Positions 10,582-18,815 of a stretch of DNA of 64,000 bases are shown piece after piece. How positions within the stretch are numbered: position 1 is the stretch's first letter; every line of letters starts with the position of its first letter. Position numbers and translations under genes: made by a program. The notes below the pieces were generated by a model that made no database searches, was not told the origin of the DNA, and saw only the letters and a list, made by a program, of their open reading frames with translations. The DNA is from an uncultured Bacteroidales bacterium (GTDB lineage: Bacteria; Bacteroidota; Bacteroidia; Bacteroidales; VadinHA17), in NCBI GenBank assembly GCA_963765005.1, contig CAVXUP010000008.1, forward strand, positions 12,941 through 76,940, in the 5' to 3' direction.

Positions 10582-11703
10582 ATGAGGATAATTGCAATAA
10601 TAAAGAAAGCCCTTATAATGCAATTCCGCGATTTTTGGGCATTACTACTCACAATCTTATCAGCACCATTTTTTATCCTGATATACTACCTAATGACTGG
10701 TGGCAGCTCAACTACTTACTCAGTGAATCTCTTTTATGCCGACACATGCAAATCACAATTAATTAAGAATCAACTTATAAGCGAGCTAAAGGCAGTTAAG
10801 TATGCAAATGGGGAAGCAGCATTAAATGTTGTTGAGACAGAAGATACTGTAAGCGTTAAGAATCTGCTTAAAAACCGGAAAGCTGATCTTCTTATTACAA
10901 TCCCCCTGGGATTTGCAGATAGTTTAGTAACAGGCAAGGTTCCCGAATTCGTTATTACCGGTGAGGCAAGCAATCCAAAATACTCTATTGGGACAATCTT
11001 TACAATAACTGCTGTTGAGGCCCTTGTAGAAAAGGTTACAGGAAACAAACCATTATATACTTTCCGGGAGAGATTCATGGGCAATTCCATGACAAAATCG
11101 GAATTTGATATTTATGCTCCGGGAATATTTATTTTTTCAATAATAATGCTTATACTTTCTGCATCCCTCTCATTAATCAGAGATATTGAAGACAAGACAA
11201 TGATTAGACTGAAACTCTCTAAAATGACGGTCTTCGACTATCTTCTGGGCAATTCTCTGGTTCAGTGGGTAATTGGCGTCATATCTTTCGGACTGACGAT
11301 GTGGCTGGCAATCCTTCTTGGATTCAACAGTCAGGGTTCAACCATTCTGATTTTAGTAGTTTGCTCATTAACAATTCTTTCAATAATAGCTATCTGTCTT
11401 ATCCTTGTTTCATTCTGCAGAAATGCAACGATGGTCATGATTGTTGGCAATTTCCCGCTTTTTATTCTTATGTTTTTTACCGGGGCTATGATACCACTTC
11501 CCCGGAATGAAATATTTACTGGTTTTGCGTTAAACGACATACTTCCGCCCACACATGCTGTAATAGCGCTGAATAAAATATTTACTTTTGGGGCAGGCCT
11601 GCAAGAGATCCGTTATGAATTACTTATGCTTGGAATGCTGACGGTTTTATACTATTCAATCGGGGTCTGGCTTTTTAGAAGGAACCATATGTTAAAAGCA
11701 TGA
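10582..11703 (+). CDS. ABC-2 type transporter permease
   Basis: 373 aa. One N-terminal TM, a large extracytoplasmic loop and 5 C-terminal TMs. Starts 4 nt after the ATPase stop. Confidence 0.85.
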   Translation: MRIIAIIKKALIMQFRDFWALLLTILSAPFFILIYYLMTGGSSTTYSVNLFYADTCKSQLIKNQLISELKAVKYANGEAALNVVETEDTVSVKNLLKNRKADLLITIPLGFADSLVTGKVPEFVITGEASNPKYSIGTIFTITAVEALVEKVTGNKPLYTFRERFMGNSMTKSEFDIYAPGIFIFSIIMLILSASLSLIRDIEDKTMIRLKLSKMTVFDYLLGNSLVQWVIGVISFGLTMWLAILLGFNSQGSTILILVVCSLTILSIIAICLILVSFCRNATMVMIVGNFPLFILMFFTGAMIPLPRNEIFTGFALNDILPPTHAVIALNKIFTFGAGLQEIRYELLMLGMLTVLYYSIGVWLFRRNHMLKA

Positions 11704-11749
11704 CCTGATTCTGGACCAGATACATTAATACACTAAAAAATAATACCTT

Positions 11750-11824
11750 ATGGAAGACTTTTGCAATCCAAAATCTACTGGCAAAAAATACATTCCAAAA
11801 CAAATCAGCAATCTGAAAAAGTAG
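11750..11824 (+). pseudogene. 5' stub (24 codons then TAG) of a paralog of the 8679-9455 gene
   Basis: A codon-by-codon manual alignment to 8679-8765 gives 69/87 identical nt. This includes a 22-nt exact core, acaaatcagcaatctgaaaaag (8729-8750 = 11800-11821). Confidence 0.75.
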
Positions 11825-11856
11825 CTTAAAGACTTTATGAGTCTTGTCATAAGAAC

Positions 11857-12942
11857 ATGGACAATATTCAAGCTCTCAACAAACCAAATACATATAAGGA
11901 AATGAAGAACACGCCAACTTTCGCGGAAAAGGTTAAAAAATCTGCAGCGCTGACATTTTTAAGGCTCCCGATTCCGATCATCAGACTATTAATAGGGAAG
12001 CCGATCCTGATAGATGGTCAGACTATGGATCCGCTTGTGCAGTTTATGGTGAAATTTTTTGTCGACCATAAAGATGGCGACTTGCATGCAACAGAAGAGT
12101 TACGCAGAGAATTCGACATCCAGGGCAATTGGTTTTCACATAATCCGGAACCTTCCATTTCCATTACAGGATGGACCGTAAATGGGCCAAATGGTAATAT
12201 TCCTTGCGACATATATCGTCCCGCGAAACTGGCGGTAAAGGATGCTCCTGCCCTGGTATATTATCATGGCGGCGGATACGTGTCTGGTTCATTGGTATCG
12301 CACAGGAATCTCTGCCGGCAATTGGCCTTTGAAGTAAACTGTGCGATTGTGGCGGTAGATTACAGATTGGCACCCGAAAATAAATTTCCAATAGGGATAA
12401 ATGATTGCCTGGCTGCATATGATGCTGTTGTCCGACAAGCCAGGGAACTGGGTTTTGATCCAGGACGTATCTCTGTAGGAGGTGATAGTGCAGGAGGCAA
12501 TGCTTCTGCCGTTATTGCTCAGCAAAGGAAGTTGTCAGCCTTTCCACCAAAATTTCAAGCGCTATGGGTACCATGGTTAGACATGAGTAAACAAACCCGA
12601 TCATATGAACTAATGGGCGAAGGCTTCTTTCTGGAAAAGAAACAAATGGAATGGTACACCGCACATTATTTGCGTTCTGAAGAAGACGGGTTAAATCCAT
12701 TGGCTTCTCCATTGCTGGGAAATGTGGAAGGTGTATGTCCTGCTGCCGTATTTTCAGCCGGATTCGACCCGCTTCGGGATGAAGGCAAAGACTATGTTGA
12801 AAAATTAAAAGCAGCAGGTGTGCCTACCCATTACAGACTCTATGAAAGCGTGGTTCATCCCTTTGTTAATGTTGCAGGAAAGATACCAATTGCCCGAAAA
12901 GCATTTGATGAAGCAATCACAATTCTTAAAGAAAATATTTAA
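11857..12942 (+). CDS. Alpha/beta-hydrolase esterase/lipase, hormone-sensitive-lipase family (family IV)
   Basis: HGGG oxyanion motif (YYHGGGYVSGS) and GDSAGGN nucleophile elbow. Confidence 0.9.
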   Translation: MDNIQALNKPNTYKEMKNTPTFAEKVKKSAALTFLRLPIPIIRLLIGKPILIDGQTMDPLVQFMVKFFVDHKDGDLHATEELRREFDIQGNWFSHNPEPSISITGWTVNGPNGNIPCDIYRPAKLAVKDAPALVYYHGGGYVSGSLVSHRNLCRQLAFEVNCAIVAVDYRLAPENKFPIGINDCLAAYDAVVRQARELGFDPGRISVGGDSAGGNASAVIAQQRKLSAFPPKFQALWVPWLDMSKQTRSYELMGEGFFLEKKQMEWYTAHYLRSEEDGLNPLASPLLGNVEGVCPAAVFSAGFDPLRDEGKDYVEKLKAAGVPTHYRLYESVVHPFVNVAGKIPIARKAFDEAITILKENI

Positions 12943-13028
12943 AGTCATAAATTACTGCCTGGCAGGTGGTATCTGATGTATTTCCGGAGATTTTTCACAT
13001 ATTAATACCTTGGTAAATAATTTGAAAT

Positions 13029-13091
13029 ATGAGTACACATGACCAGCGTATCGCAAAAATGAATTTCACTTCGGGATATCCACAATCATGA
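13029..13091 (+). pseudogene. 5' stub (20 codons) resembling the N-terminus of DUF2200 proteins
   Basis: MSTHDQRIAKMNFTSGYPQS*. The RIAKM.F.S.YP pattern matches the recalled DUF2200 N-terminus. The stop overlaps the next gene's ATG (ATGA at 13088-13091). Confidence 0.5.
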
Positions 13092-13768
13092 AAACGGAGA
13101 TCATATCTTTTAACCTGGGAGTCACAACCTGTCATCTTCTAATCGGCAAAGATATCGTTATGATAGATGCCGGGATGCCGGGAAAACTGAAGCTCTTTAA
13201 AAAAATCCTTTCGGAACACAAGATCGATCCTTCGCGCATTAAACTGATTGTACTTACTCACTCCCATTTCGACCATTGCGGCACTGCGAAGGAGATAAGG
13301 GAACTCACCGGCGCAAAAATTGCACTTCATGAAAGTGAAAGGGAATGCGTTGAAAGCACTAAAGTATTAATACCTAGAGGAGTCAATCTCAAAGGGAAAA
13401 TTACACTGCCCTTAGTCTTTACATTCAAAATTCCATTCCCGAAGTTCAGTCCGGACATTATTCTCGGTTATGATCCGTATCCGCTTTCCGAATATGGAAT
13501 AGACGGCAGGATTATTCATACACCCGGACACACAGTCGGTTCGATGAGTGTACTGCTTGACACGGGAGAAGCTTTTGTCGGATGCATGGCCCATGACGGA
13601 TTCCCATTCAGATTCAGTCCCGGATTGCCGATCTATGCCCAGGATATTGAAGCAATTAAAGCAAACTGGAGAATACTTATCGACAAAGGGATAACTCATG
13701 TCTATCCCGGGCATGGCAGGGCATTCCCTGTTTCTGTAATGAAAAAAATACTTAGCTATCCCGGTTGA
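13088..13768 (+). CDS. MBL-fold metallo-hydrolase
   Basis: THSHFDHCG (HxHxDH) metal-binding motif; 226 aa. Confidence 0.9.
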   Translation: MKTEIISFNLGVTTCHLLIGKDIVMIDAGMPGKLKLFKKILSEHKIDPSRIKLIVLTHSHFDHCGTAKEIRELTGAKIALHESERECVESTKVLIPRGVNLKGKITLPLVFTFKIPFPKFSPDIILGYDPYPLSEYGIDGRIIHTPGHTVGSMSVLLDTGEAFVGCMAHDGFPFRFSPGLPIYAQDIEAIKANWRILIDKGITHVYPGHGRAFPVSVMKKILSYPG

Positions 13769-13879
13769 AACCAGTTAAAATCTCAATCACTTGCGCCATT
13801 TGACTAATAATTCTGCGATGCGACAGAGAATCACGGAGAAGTAACTAAAACGAAAACAATTATATTTAATTTCAATTCT

Positions 13880-13915
13880 ATGAGCAGGGGATTTGTTAAA
13901 GAAGAAGAAAATTGA
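13880..13915 (+). pseudogene. 5' stub (11 codons, MSRGFVKEEEN*) of a GreA/GreB-like gene
   Basis: 13877-13905 matches 15071-15099 at 28/29 nt. The latter is the start of the GreA-like gene. Confidence 0.8.
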
Positions 13916-13925
13916 TAATTATTAA

Positions 13926-14441
13926 ATGAATATTACTTTTATAACAAACGATCAACTATACAAACAAGTTATTGAGCCCATAGCATCGGCCTCCTCCTTC
14001 GTTTGGATAGGTACTGCTGATATAAAGGATTTGCATGTTCATCACAAAAACAGAGTCGAATCCTTCCTAAGCGTACTTGACAGCCTGTTGAATAGAAAAG
14101 TAGCCATACGTCTTTTACATGCAAAAGAACCCGGACCCATTTTTAGAAAAAGCTTTGACAAGTATCCCTTGTTATGGAAAAATATGGAAAGGCAATTATG
14201 CCCTAGGGTACATTTCAAACACATCATAATTGATGGTAAATTTGCTTATTCCGGTTCAGCAAATTTAACAGGTGCCGGCCTGGGGATTAAAAGCCCGAAT
14301 ACCCGTAACTTTGAATCAGGCTTTATCACAACAGATCCGGAAATTGTGAAGGCAATCATGAAACAATTTGACGAAGTCTGGATGGGAAAGTACTGCAAAG
14401 AATGCAAAAGAAAAGACTATTGCCACGATCCGATAATCTGA
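13926..14441 (+). CDS. Single-HKD phospholipase D-family protein (Nuc-like nuclease fold) with C-terminal Cys/His cluster
   Basis: HFKHIIID plus GSANLT (the HxKxxxxD...GSxN motif). 171 aa, no signal peptide. C-terminus CKECKRKDYCH. Confidence 0.85.
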   Translation: MNITFITNDQLYKQVIEPIASASSFVWIGTADIKDLHVHHKNRVESFLSVLDSLLNRKVAIRLLHAKEPGPIFRKSFDKYPLLWKNMERQLCPRVHFKHIIIDGKFAYSGSANLTGAGLGIKSPNTRNFESGFITTDPEIVKAIMKQFDEVWMGKYCKECKRKDYCHDPII

Positions 14442-14508
14442 CCCTGAAAAACCTTAGTTAACCGTATCTTAATGTACCAGGCCTATATTACTTTTAATTA
14501 TTTATGCC

Positions 14509-15018
14509 ATGGAAACAGCAAAAACACATGACAACTTCCCGGTCTGGATTGTATTGCTGTCCAGCCTGTTTTCATTCTTAATCTACCTTTCAGGTTTTGT
14601 CATTACTTTCAGCTTAAATGCGATTGCTGCTTGTCTGTATCTGGTATACATACTGGTTCTTGAGTTCAGATTACTTGGCTCCCATTGTGTCAACTGCTAC
14701 TATTGGGGCAAGACCTGCGGTTTTGGCAAAGGCAGGCTGAGTTCTTTGTTCTTTAAGAGAGGGGATCCATCAAAATTTTGTGAAAAAAGCTTGCGCTGGC
14801 AGGATATGATTCCTGACTTATTAGTTTTCCTTATTCCACTCCTGATAGCAATTGCTTTAATGATAATCCGATTCAATCTCATCATTCTGTTTGCAACAAT
14901 CGTACTAATTGCTCTGACAACAGCCGGAAATGGCTTTATTCGCGGCAACCTGACGTGCAAATATTGCAGGCAGAGAGAAATCGGGTGCCCGGCAGAACAG
15001 TTATTCCGTAAAAAATAA
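14509..15018 (+). CDS. Hypothetical 4-TM membrane protein with two Cys clusters
   Basis: 169 aa. Two TM pairs flank HCVNCYYWGKTCGFGKG, and the C-terminus carries CKYCRQREIGCP. No family recognised. Confidence 0.7.
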   Translation: METAKTHDNFPVWIVLLSSLFSFLIYLSGFVITFSLNAIAACLYLVYILVLEFRLLGSHCVNCYYWGKTCGFGKGRLSSLFFKRGDPSKFCEKSLRWQDMIPDLLVFLIPLLIAIALMIIRFNLIILFATIVLIALTTAGNGFIRGNLTCKYCRQREIGCPAEQLFRKK

Positions 15019-15073
15019 ATTGTCCTCTCCGTTGCGCGGACAAAAGAAAAAAAATGATTAAATATCCAAATCT

Positions 15074-15575
15074 ATGAGCAGAGGATTTGTTAAAGAAGAC
15101 GATCAGGAAGAAGTTCCAATGGTACCTCGAAGGGCATATTTACCGGAAGGAGTGACAAACTTTGTAACCCCAAATGGGTATGAATCAACTATTGGCTGAG
15201 AAACAGATGCTGACCGATGAAAAAAACAATCTGAATAATGCCAATGAGAATGAGAAACGAATTGCATTAAACTATATTAATGCAAAATTACAACTATTGA
15301 ATAACAGAATTGCTGAAGCCAAAATAGTTAATCCAAATGAGCAACCTCAAAATGAAATAAGATTCGGTGCAATTATAACTCTCAAAACAGAAGCATCTGA
15401 AAATATTCAGACTTTTCAAATTGTCGGCGTTGATGAAGCAGATATTTCCAAAGGGAAAGTCTCCTTTATATCACCTATTGCCAGGGTATTAATAAATAAA
15501 AAAACCGGAGACATAGTTAGTTTAAAACAGGCCGGAAAAGATATTGTTTTTGAAATTAGTAAGCATATCCTATAA
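15074..15575 (+). pseudogene. GreA/GreB-family transcription factor-like gene, interrupted by a +1 frameshift at GGG 15176-15178
   Basis: 15074-15199 encodes MSRGFVKEDDQEEVPMVPRRAYLPEGVTNFVTPNG..., then stops. 15174-15575 encodes the coiled coil plus the GreA C-terminal domain (FQIVGVDEADISKGKVSFISPIARVLINKKTGD). Removing one G restores VTPNGMNQLLAEK. Confidence 0.8.
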
Positions 15576-15625
15576 CCAATCAGTTAAAGAGAATTAAAAG
15601 ACCGGTTGCATCAGGATTGATAGTT

Positions 15626-16075
15626 ATGAAAATTTTGAAAACTCACTATATGAAAAGATTATCTGGATTCTTTTTCCTCGTTTTAGTTGTGCTTATCCTA
15701 TCCTGTGATAAAAAAGAAACATCTCCTTTTGGACTTAATTGCGAAAACCTTAAAAATGGAATCATTACCTCCGATGAGGACCTTATTGGTACAGAAATAT
15801 CAAAACTGATTCAGGATTTAGTTCCAAAGCCGACTACAGATGACAGTATCGGGCACATTGCAAATTTTGAACTGCTATTTGAGAGACTAAGACCCTGTGG
15901 CGAAACAAGCGCACAGATTGTCTGTTATGGATGTGGTGAAATAAATCCGCAAATTACAGAATTGGTAATCATGACCTACTCAGGTAATCAGCAATACGTT
16001 CAGGTAATTGACATTATTTGCCAGAGAGACAGTGTTCTTGCTTACAGAGGCATACATGATGATAACAGTAAATGA
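15626..16075 (+). CDS. Hypothetical lipoprotein
   Basis: Signal peptide with lipobox (FFFLVLVVLILSC). The start could be 15626 or 15650; the track start at 15617 is TTG. Confidence 0.65.
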   Translation: MKILKTHYMKRLSGFFFLVLVVLILSCDKKETSPFGLNCENLKNGIITSDEDLIGTEISKLIQDLVPKPTTDDSIGHIANFELLFERLRPCGETSAQIVCYGCGEINPQITELVIMTYSGNQQYVQVIDIICQRDSVLAYRGIHDDNSK

Positions 16076-16153
16076 AACAACACCTAGCACTCATGCCACG
16101 ACCTTGTCAATTAGGCTTCATGCAGTATAATCCCAAAAAAAAGTGATACCCAA

Positions 16154-16663
16154 ATGCCTGCTTCTTATAGATTTCAAAATATTCCACGGTCGAGAATTGC
16201 AACATTTGACATTTTTGCAATTGGACTAAGGAAGCATCATATTGTGGCTATGCTCGAATTCGATGTTACTGAAAGCAGGTCCAGACTCAGGAACCTGAGA
16301 AAAAATGGAGCTACTGTTTCATTTAATGCATGGCTAATAAAAGTTATTGGAATGGTCTTGCATAAACATTCTGAAGCGGCAGCATATCTTTATAACAAAA
16401 AGAAACTCATTATCTTCAATGACATCAATATCTCTTTAATTGTAGAAAAGAAAATCGGTGATGCTAAAGTTCCGATACCAATGGTCATCGAAAAGACAAA
16501 CGAAAAATCAGCACTCGAAATAACTAAAGAGATTGAAATAGCCAAAAACCAGGGCCTTACAACTCATGACATCGTACTCAAAAAACAATCAACCTCATAT
16601 GAAAGATTGTACTACCAGCTTCCAGGATTTCTGAGAAGACTTTTTGGAGAATCTTGCTGCTAA
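16154..16663 (+). CDS. 2-oxoacid dehydrogenase acyltransferase (E2) catalytic-domain protein, N-terminal fragment
   Basis: Contiguous with 16654-16956 if one T is added to the T5 run 16641-16645 (LRRLFWRILLLNPKAAF). No lipoyl or E3-binding domain is present. Confidence 0.75.
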   Translation: MPASYRFQNIPRSRIATFDIFAIGLRKHHIVAMLEFDVTESRSRLRNLRKNGATVSFNAWLIKVIGMVLHKHSEAAAYLYNKKKLIIFNDINISLIVEKKIGDAKVPIPMVIEKTNEKSALEITKEIEIAKNQGLTTHDIVLKKQSTSYERLYYQLPGFLRRLFGESCC

Positions 16664-16956
16664 ATCCCAAAGCAGCATTCAGGACTATGGGTAACGTGGC
16701 GGTTACATCAGTTGGGATGATGGGTAAAATTAACGGGTGGTTTATTCACAAATCAGTTCATCCTGTTTCTTTTGGAGTAGGGTCTGTCATTAAGAAACCT
16801 GTTGTTTTTGAAAATGAGGTAAAAATCAGGGAAATCCTGAACATGACTATCCTGGTTGACCATGACGTTGTTGATGGAGCCCCGATGGTAAGGTTTCTTG
16901 ACGATTTGACAGACTATGTAGAGAATGGAAAGGAAATAGACAACGTTTTCGTATAA
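16654..16956 (+). CDS. 2-oxoacid dehydrogenase acyltransferase (E2) catalytic-domain protein, C-terminal fragment
   Basis: Contains the catalytic DHDVVDG motif (family DHRxxDG). Confidence 0.8.
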   Translation: MLLNPKAAFRTMGNVAVTSVGMMGKINGWFIHKSVHPVSFGVGSVIKKPVVFENEVKIREILNMTILVDHDVVDGAPMVRFLDDLTDYVENGKEIDNVFV

Positions 16957-17021
16957 AACGGATTCACTGTATGCAGTGAACAATTTCAGGCCAAAATCCT
17001 TTATAATAGAAAACCAAAACT

Positions 17022-17447
17022 ATGGCAGAATTAAAAACAAAACTAAACACTGCGGACGTTAGTGAATTTATCAACTCGTTTGCCGATACGGATCAAAAGC
17101 GTAAGGACAGTTTTGAGTTACTGAAACTGATGCAGGATTATACAGGATTTGAACCAAAAATGTGGGGGGCTTCCATTATAGGATTTGGCAGCTATCATTA
17201 CAAATCGGAGAGAAGCAGCCAGGAAGGCGACTGGCCATTGGTTGGATTTTCGCCCCGAAAGGCAGCTATCTCGCTTTATGTATACACTGCACTCAAAGAG
17301 CATGAATATCTCCTTGAGGGCTTGGGAAAGTTTAAAATGGGTAAAGCCTGCATCTACATTAAAAAATTATCTGATATCGACCAGGAGTCACTCAAAAAAA
17401 TAATGAAGGCAACAATTGATTATTTACAATCGAGGTATGGGAAATAA
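17022..17447 (+). CDS. DUF1801 (YdhG-like) domain protein
   Basis: 141 aa. VSEFINSF...KMWGASIIGFGSYHYK...ISLYV pattern of DUF1801. Confidence 0.75.
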   Translation: MAELKTKLNTADVSEFINSFADTDQKRKDSFELLKLMQDYTGFEPKMWGASIIGFGSYHYKSERSSQEGDWPLVGFSPRKAAISLYVYTALKEHEYLLEGLGKFKMGKACIYIKKLSDIDQESLKKIMKATIDYLQSRYGK

Positions 17448-17567
17448 TGCAAAGCCATGCAGATCCTTTCTCCTTGCCCGCAGATCGATCGTGACAAGCA
17501 ATAACCAGATAAAAATTTAGAATTTTAGTTAAAGGATATTTCTTAAATTGACTGAAAATTTCAAATA

Positions 17568-18815
17568 ATGAAAAACGCGATTGTCAAATTCACCGTTCTG
17601 ATAGTGCTGGCTATTACTTATGCCTGTTCATCTGGCGTTAAAACACCTCCTAAGGAAGTGAAACCAGTTGAAAGTGATTATTATGTGGCGGCATATATCT
17701 GGCCGTCGTGCCATAACGATTCATTAGCCCTGAAGAAGCTGTGGCCTGAAGGCACCGGCGAATGGGAAGTGATCAAAAAGGGCAATCCCCGTTTCGAAGG
17801 ACATTACCAGCCCCGTCAGCCGCTCTGGGGCTACGAACTGGACAATGATCCGAAAGTCGTGGAGAAATGGATTGATGCGGCCACTGACCACGGTGTAAAT
17901 GTCTTCGTCTACGACTGGTACTGGTACGAAGGAGGCCCTTTCCTCGAAAGCGCCCTGAATGATGGCTTCCTGAAAGCAAAGAACAACGAAAAAATGCAAT
18001 TTTATGTAATGTGGGCAAACCACGATGTAAAATACAATTACTGGAACTATCACCTTTACAAGGACAACACCGATATCCTGTGGAACGCCAAAGTGGACTG
18101 GGAAAACTATAAAATAATCGTTGACAGGATAATCAACCAGTATTTCAAGAGACCAAACTATTTTAAGGTAAATGGCGAACCCTTATTTTCGATCTTCAGC
18201 GTGCCAAAACTGCTTGAAAGCTTTGGAGGCAGTGCGGAAGAAGCACGCAAAGCTCTTGATTACTTCCGCGAGGAAGTGAAAAAGGCAGGATTCCCCGGCT
18301 TGCATATCCAGTGGAACCAGGGCGGCGGCTCTGTTATGTCGGAAGCGGCAGCCGGCCAGTTTGTCAACAATGTGAAGACTATGGGTTTCAACAGTGTTGC
18401 AATGTACAATATGGGCGGCCGCGTTGAAGATTATATTTCTTACGGAACCAATTCCGTAAAGATCCGGGAACAAATGGACGCCATCCTCGATGTACCGGTC
18501 TTTCCCTGCGTGTCGATCGGATGGGACGATACCCCGCGTTTCCCCGGGAAAGGGATTCAGGATGTAGTTCATTACAACAACACTCCACAAAGTTTTGCAA
18601 CGCTTCTCTCCAAAGCAAAAAAATATGCCGACAGTCATCCCGAACAGCCAAAACTGATTACAATCAACGCATGGAACGAATGGGTGGAAGGCAGTTACCT
18701 GCTGCCCGACATGCTCAATGGCTTCGGCTATCTGGAAGCAGTGAAGGAGGTTATCTTGACGATAAATACGACAGGTATTAAAAACAGAAAAGCATGCCAA
18801 CAGGTAAATCCATAA
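17568..18815 (+). CDS. WbsX / GH99-like domain lipoprotein
   Basis: Lipobox ITYAC. YVAAYIWPSCHND...GHYQPRQPLWGYELDNDPKVVEKWIDAATDHGVNVFVYDWYWY is typical of the WbsX-like family. Confidence 0.75.
   Translation: MKNAIVKFTVLIVLAITYACSSGVKTPPKEVKPVESDYYVAAYIWPSCHNDSLALKKLWPEGTGEWEVIKKGNPRFEGHYQPRQPLWGYELDNDPKVVEKWIDAATDHGVNVFVYDWYWYEGGPFLESALNDGFLKAKNNEKMQFYVMWANHDVKYNYWNYHLYKDNTDILWNAKVDWENYKIIVDRIINQYFKRPNYFKVNGEPLFSIFSVPKLLESFGGSAEEARKALDYFREEVKKAGFPGLHIQWNQGGGSVMSEAAAGQFVNNVKTMGFNSVAMYNMGGRVEDYISYGTNSVKIREQMDAILDVPVFPCVSIGWDDTPRFPGKGIQDVVHYNNTPQSFATLLSKAKKYADSHPEQPKLITINAWNEWVEGSYLLPDMLNGFGYLEAVKEVILTINTTGIKNRKACQQVNP

Noticed and set aside
13815-13850. gcgatgcgacagagaatcacggagaag, considered as another oligo-repeat patch or element scar.
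   Set aside because: It is a single occurrence with no tandem or inverted partner.
15174-15178. The GGG frameshift in the greA-like gene, and the other breaks, considered as programmed ribosomal frameshifting.
   Set aside because: There is no slippery heptamer or downstream structure. Ten similar breaks elsewhere, mostly at homopolymers, favour consensus error.
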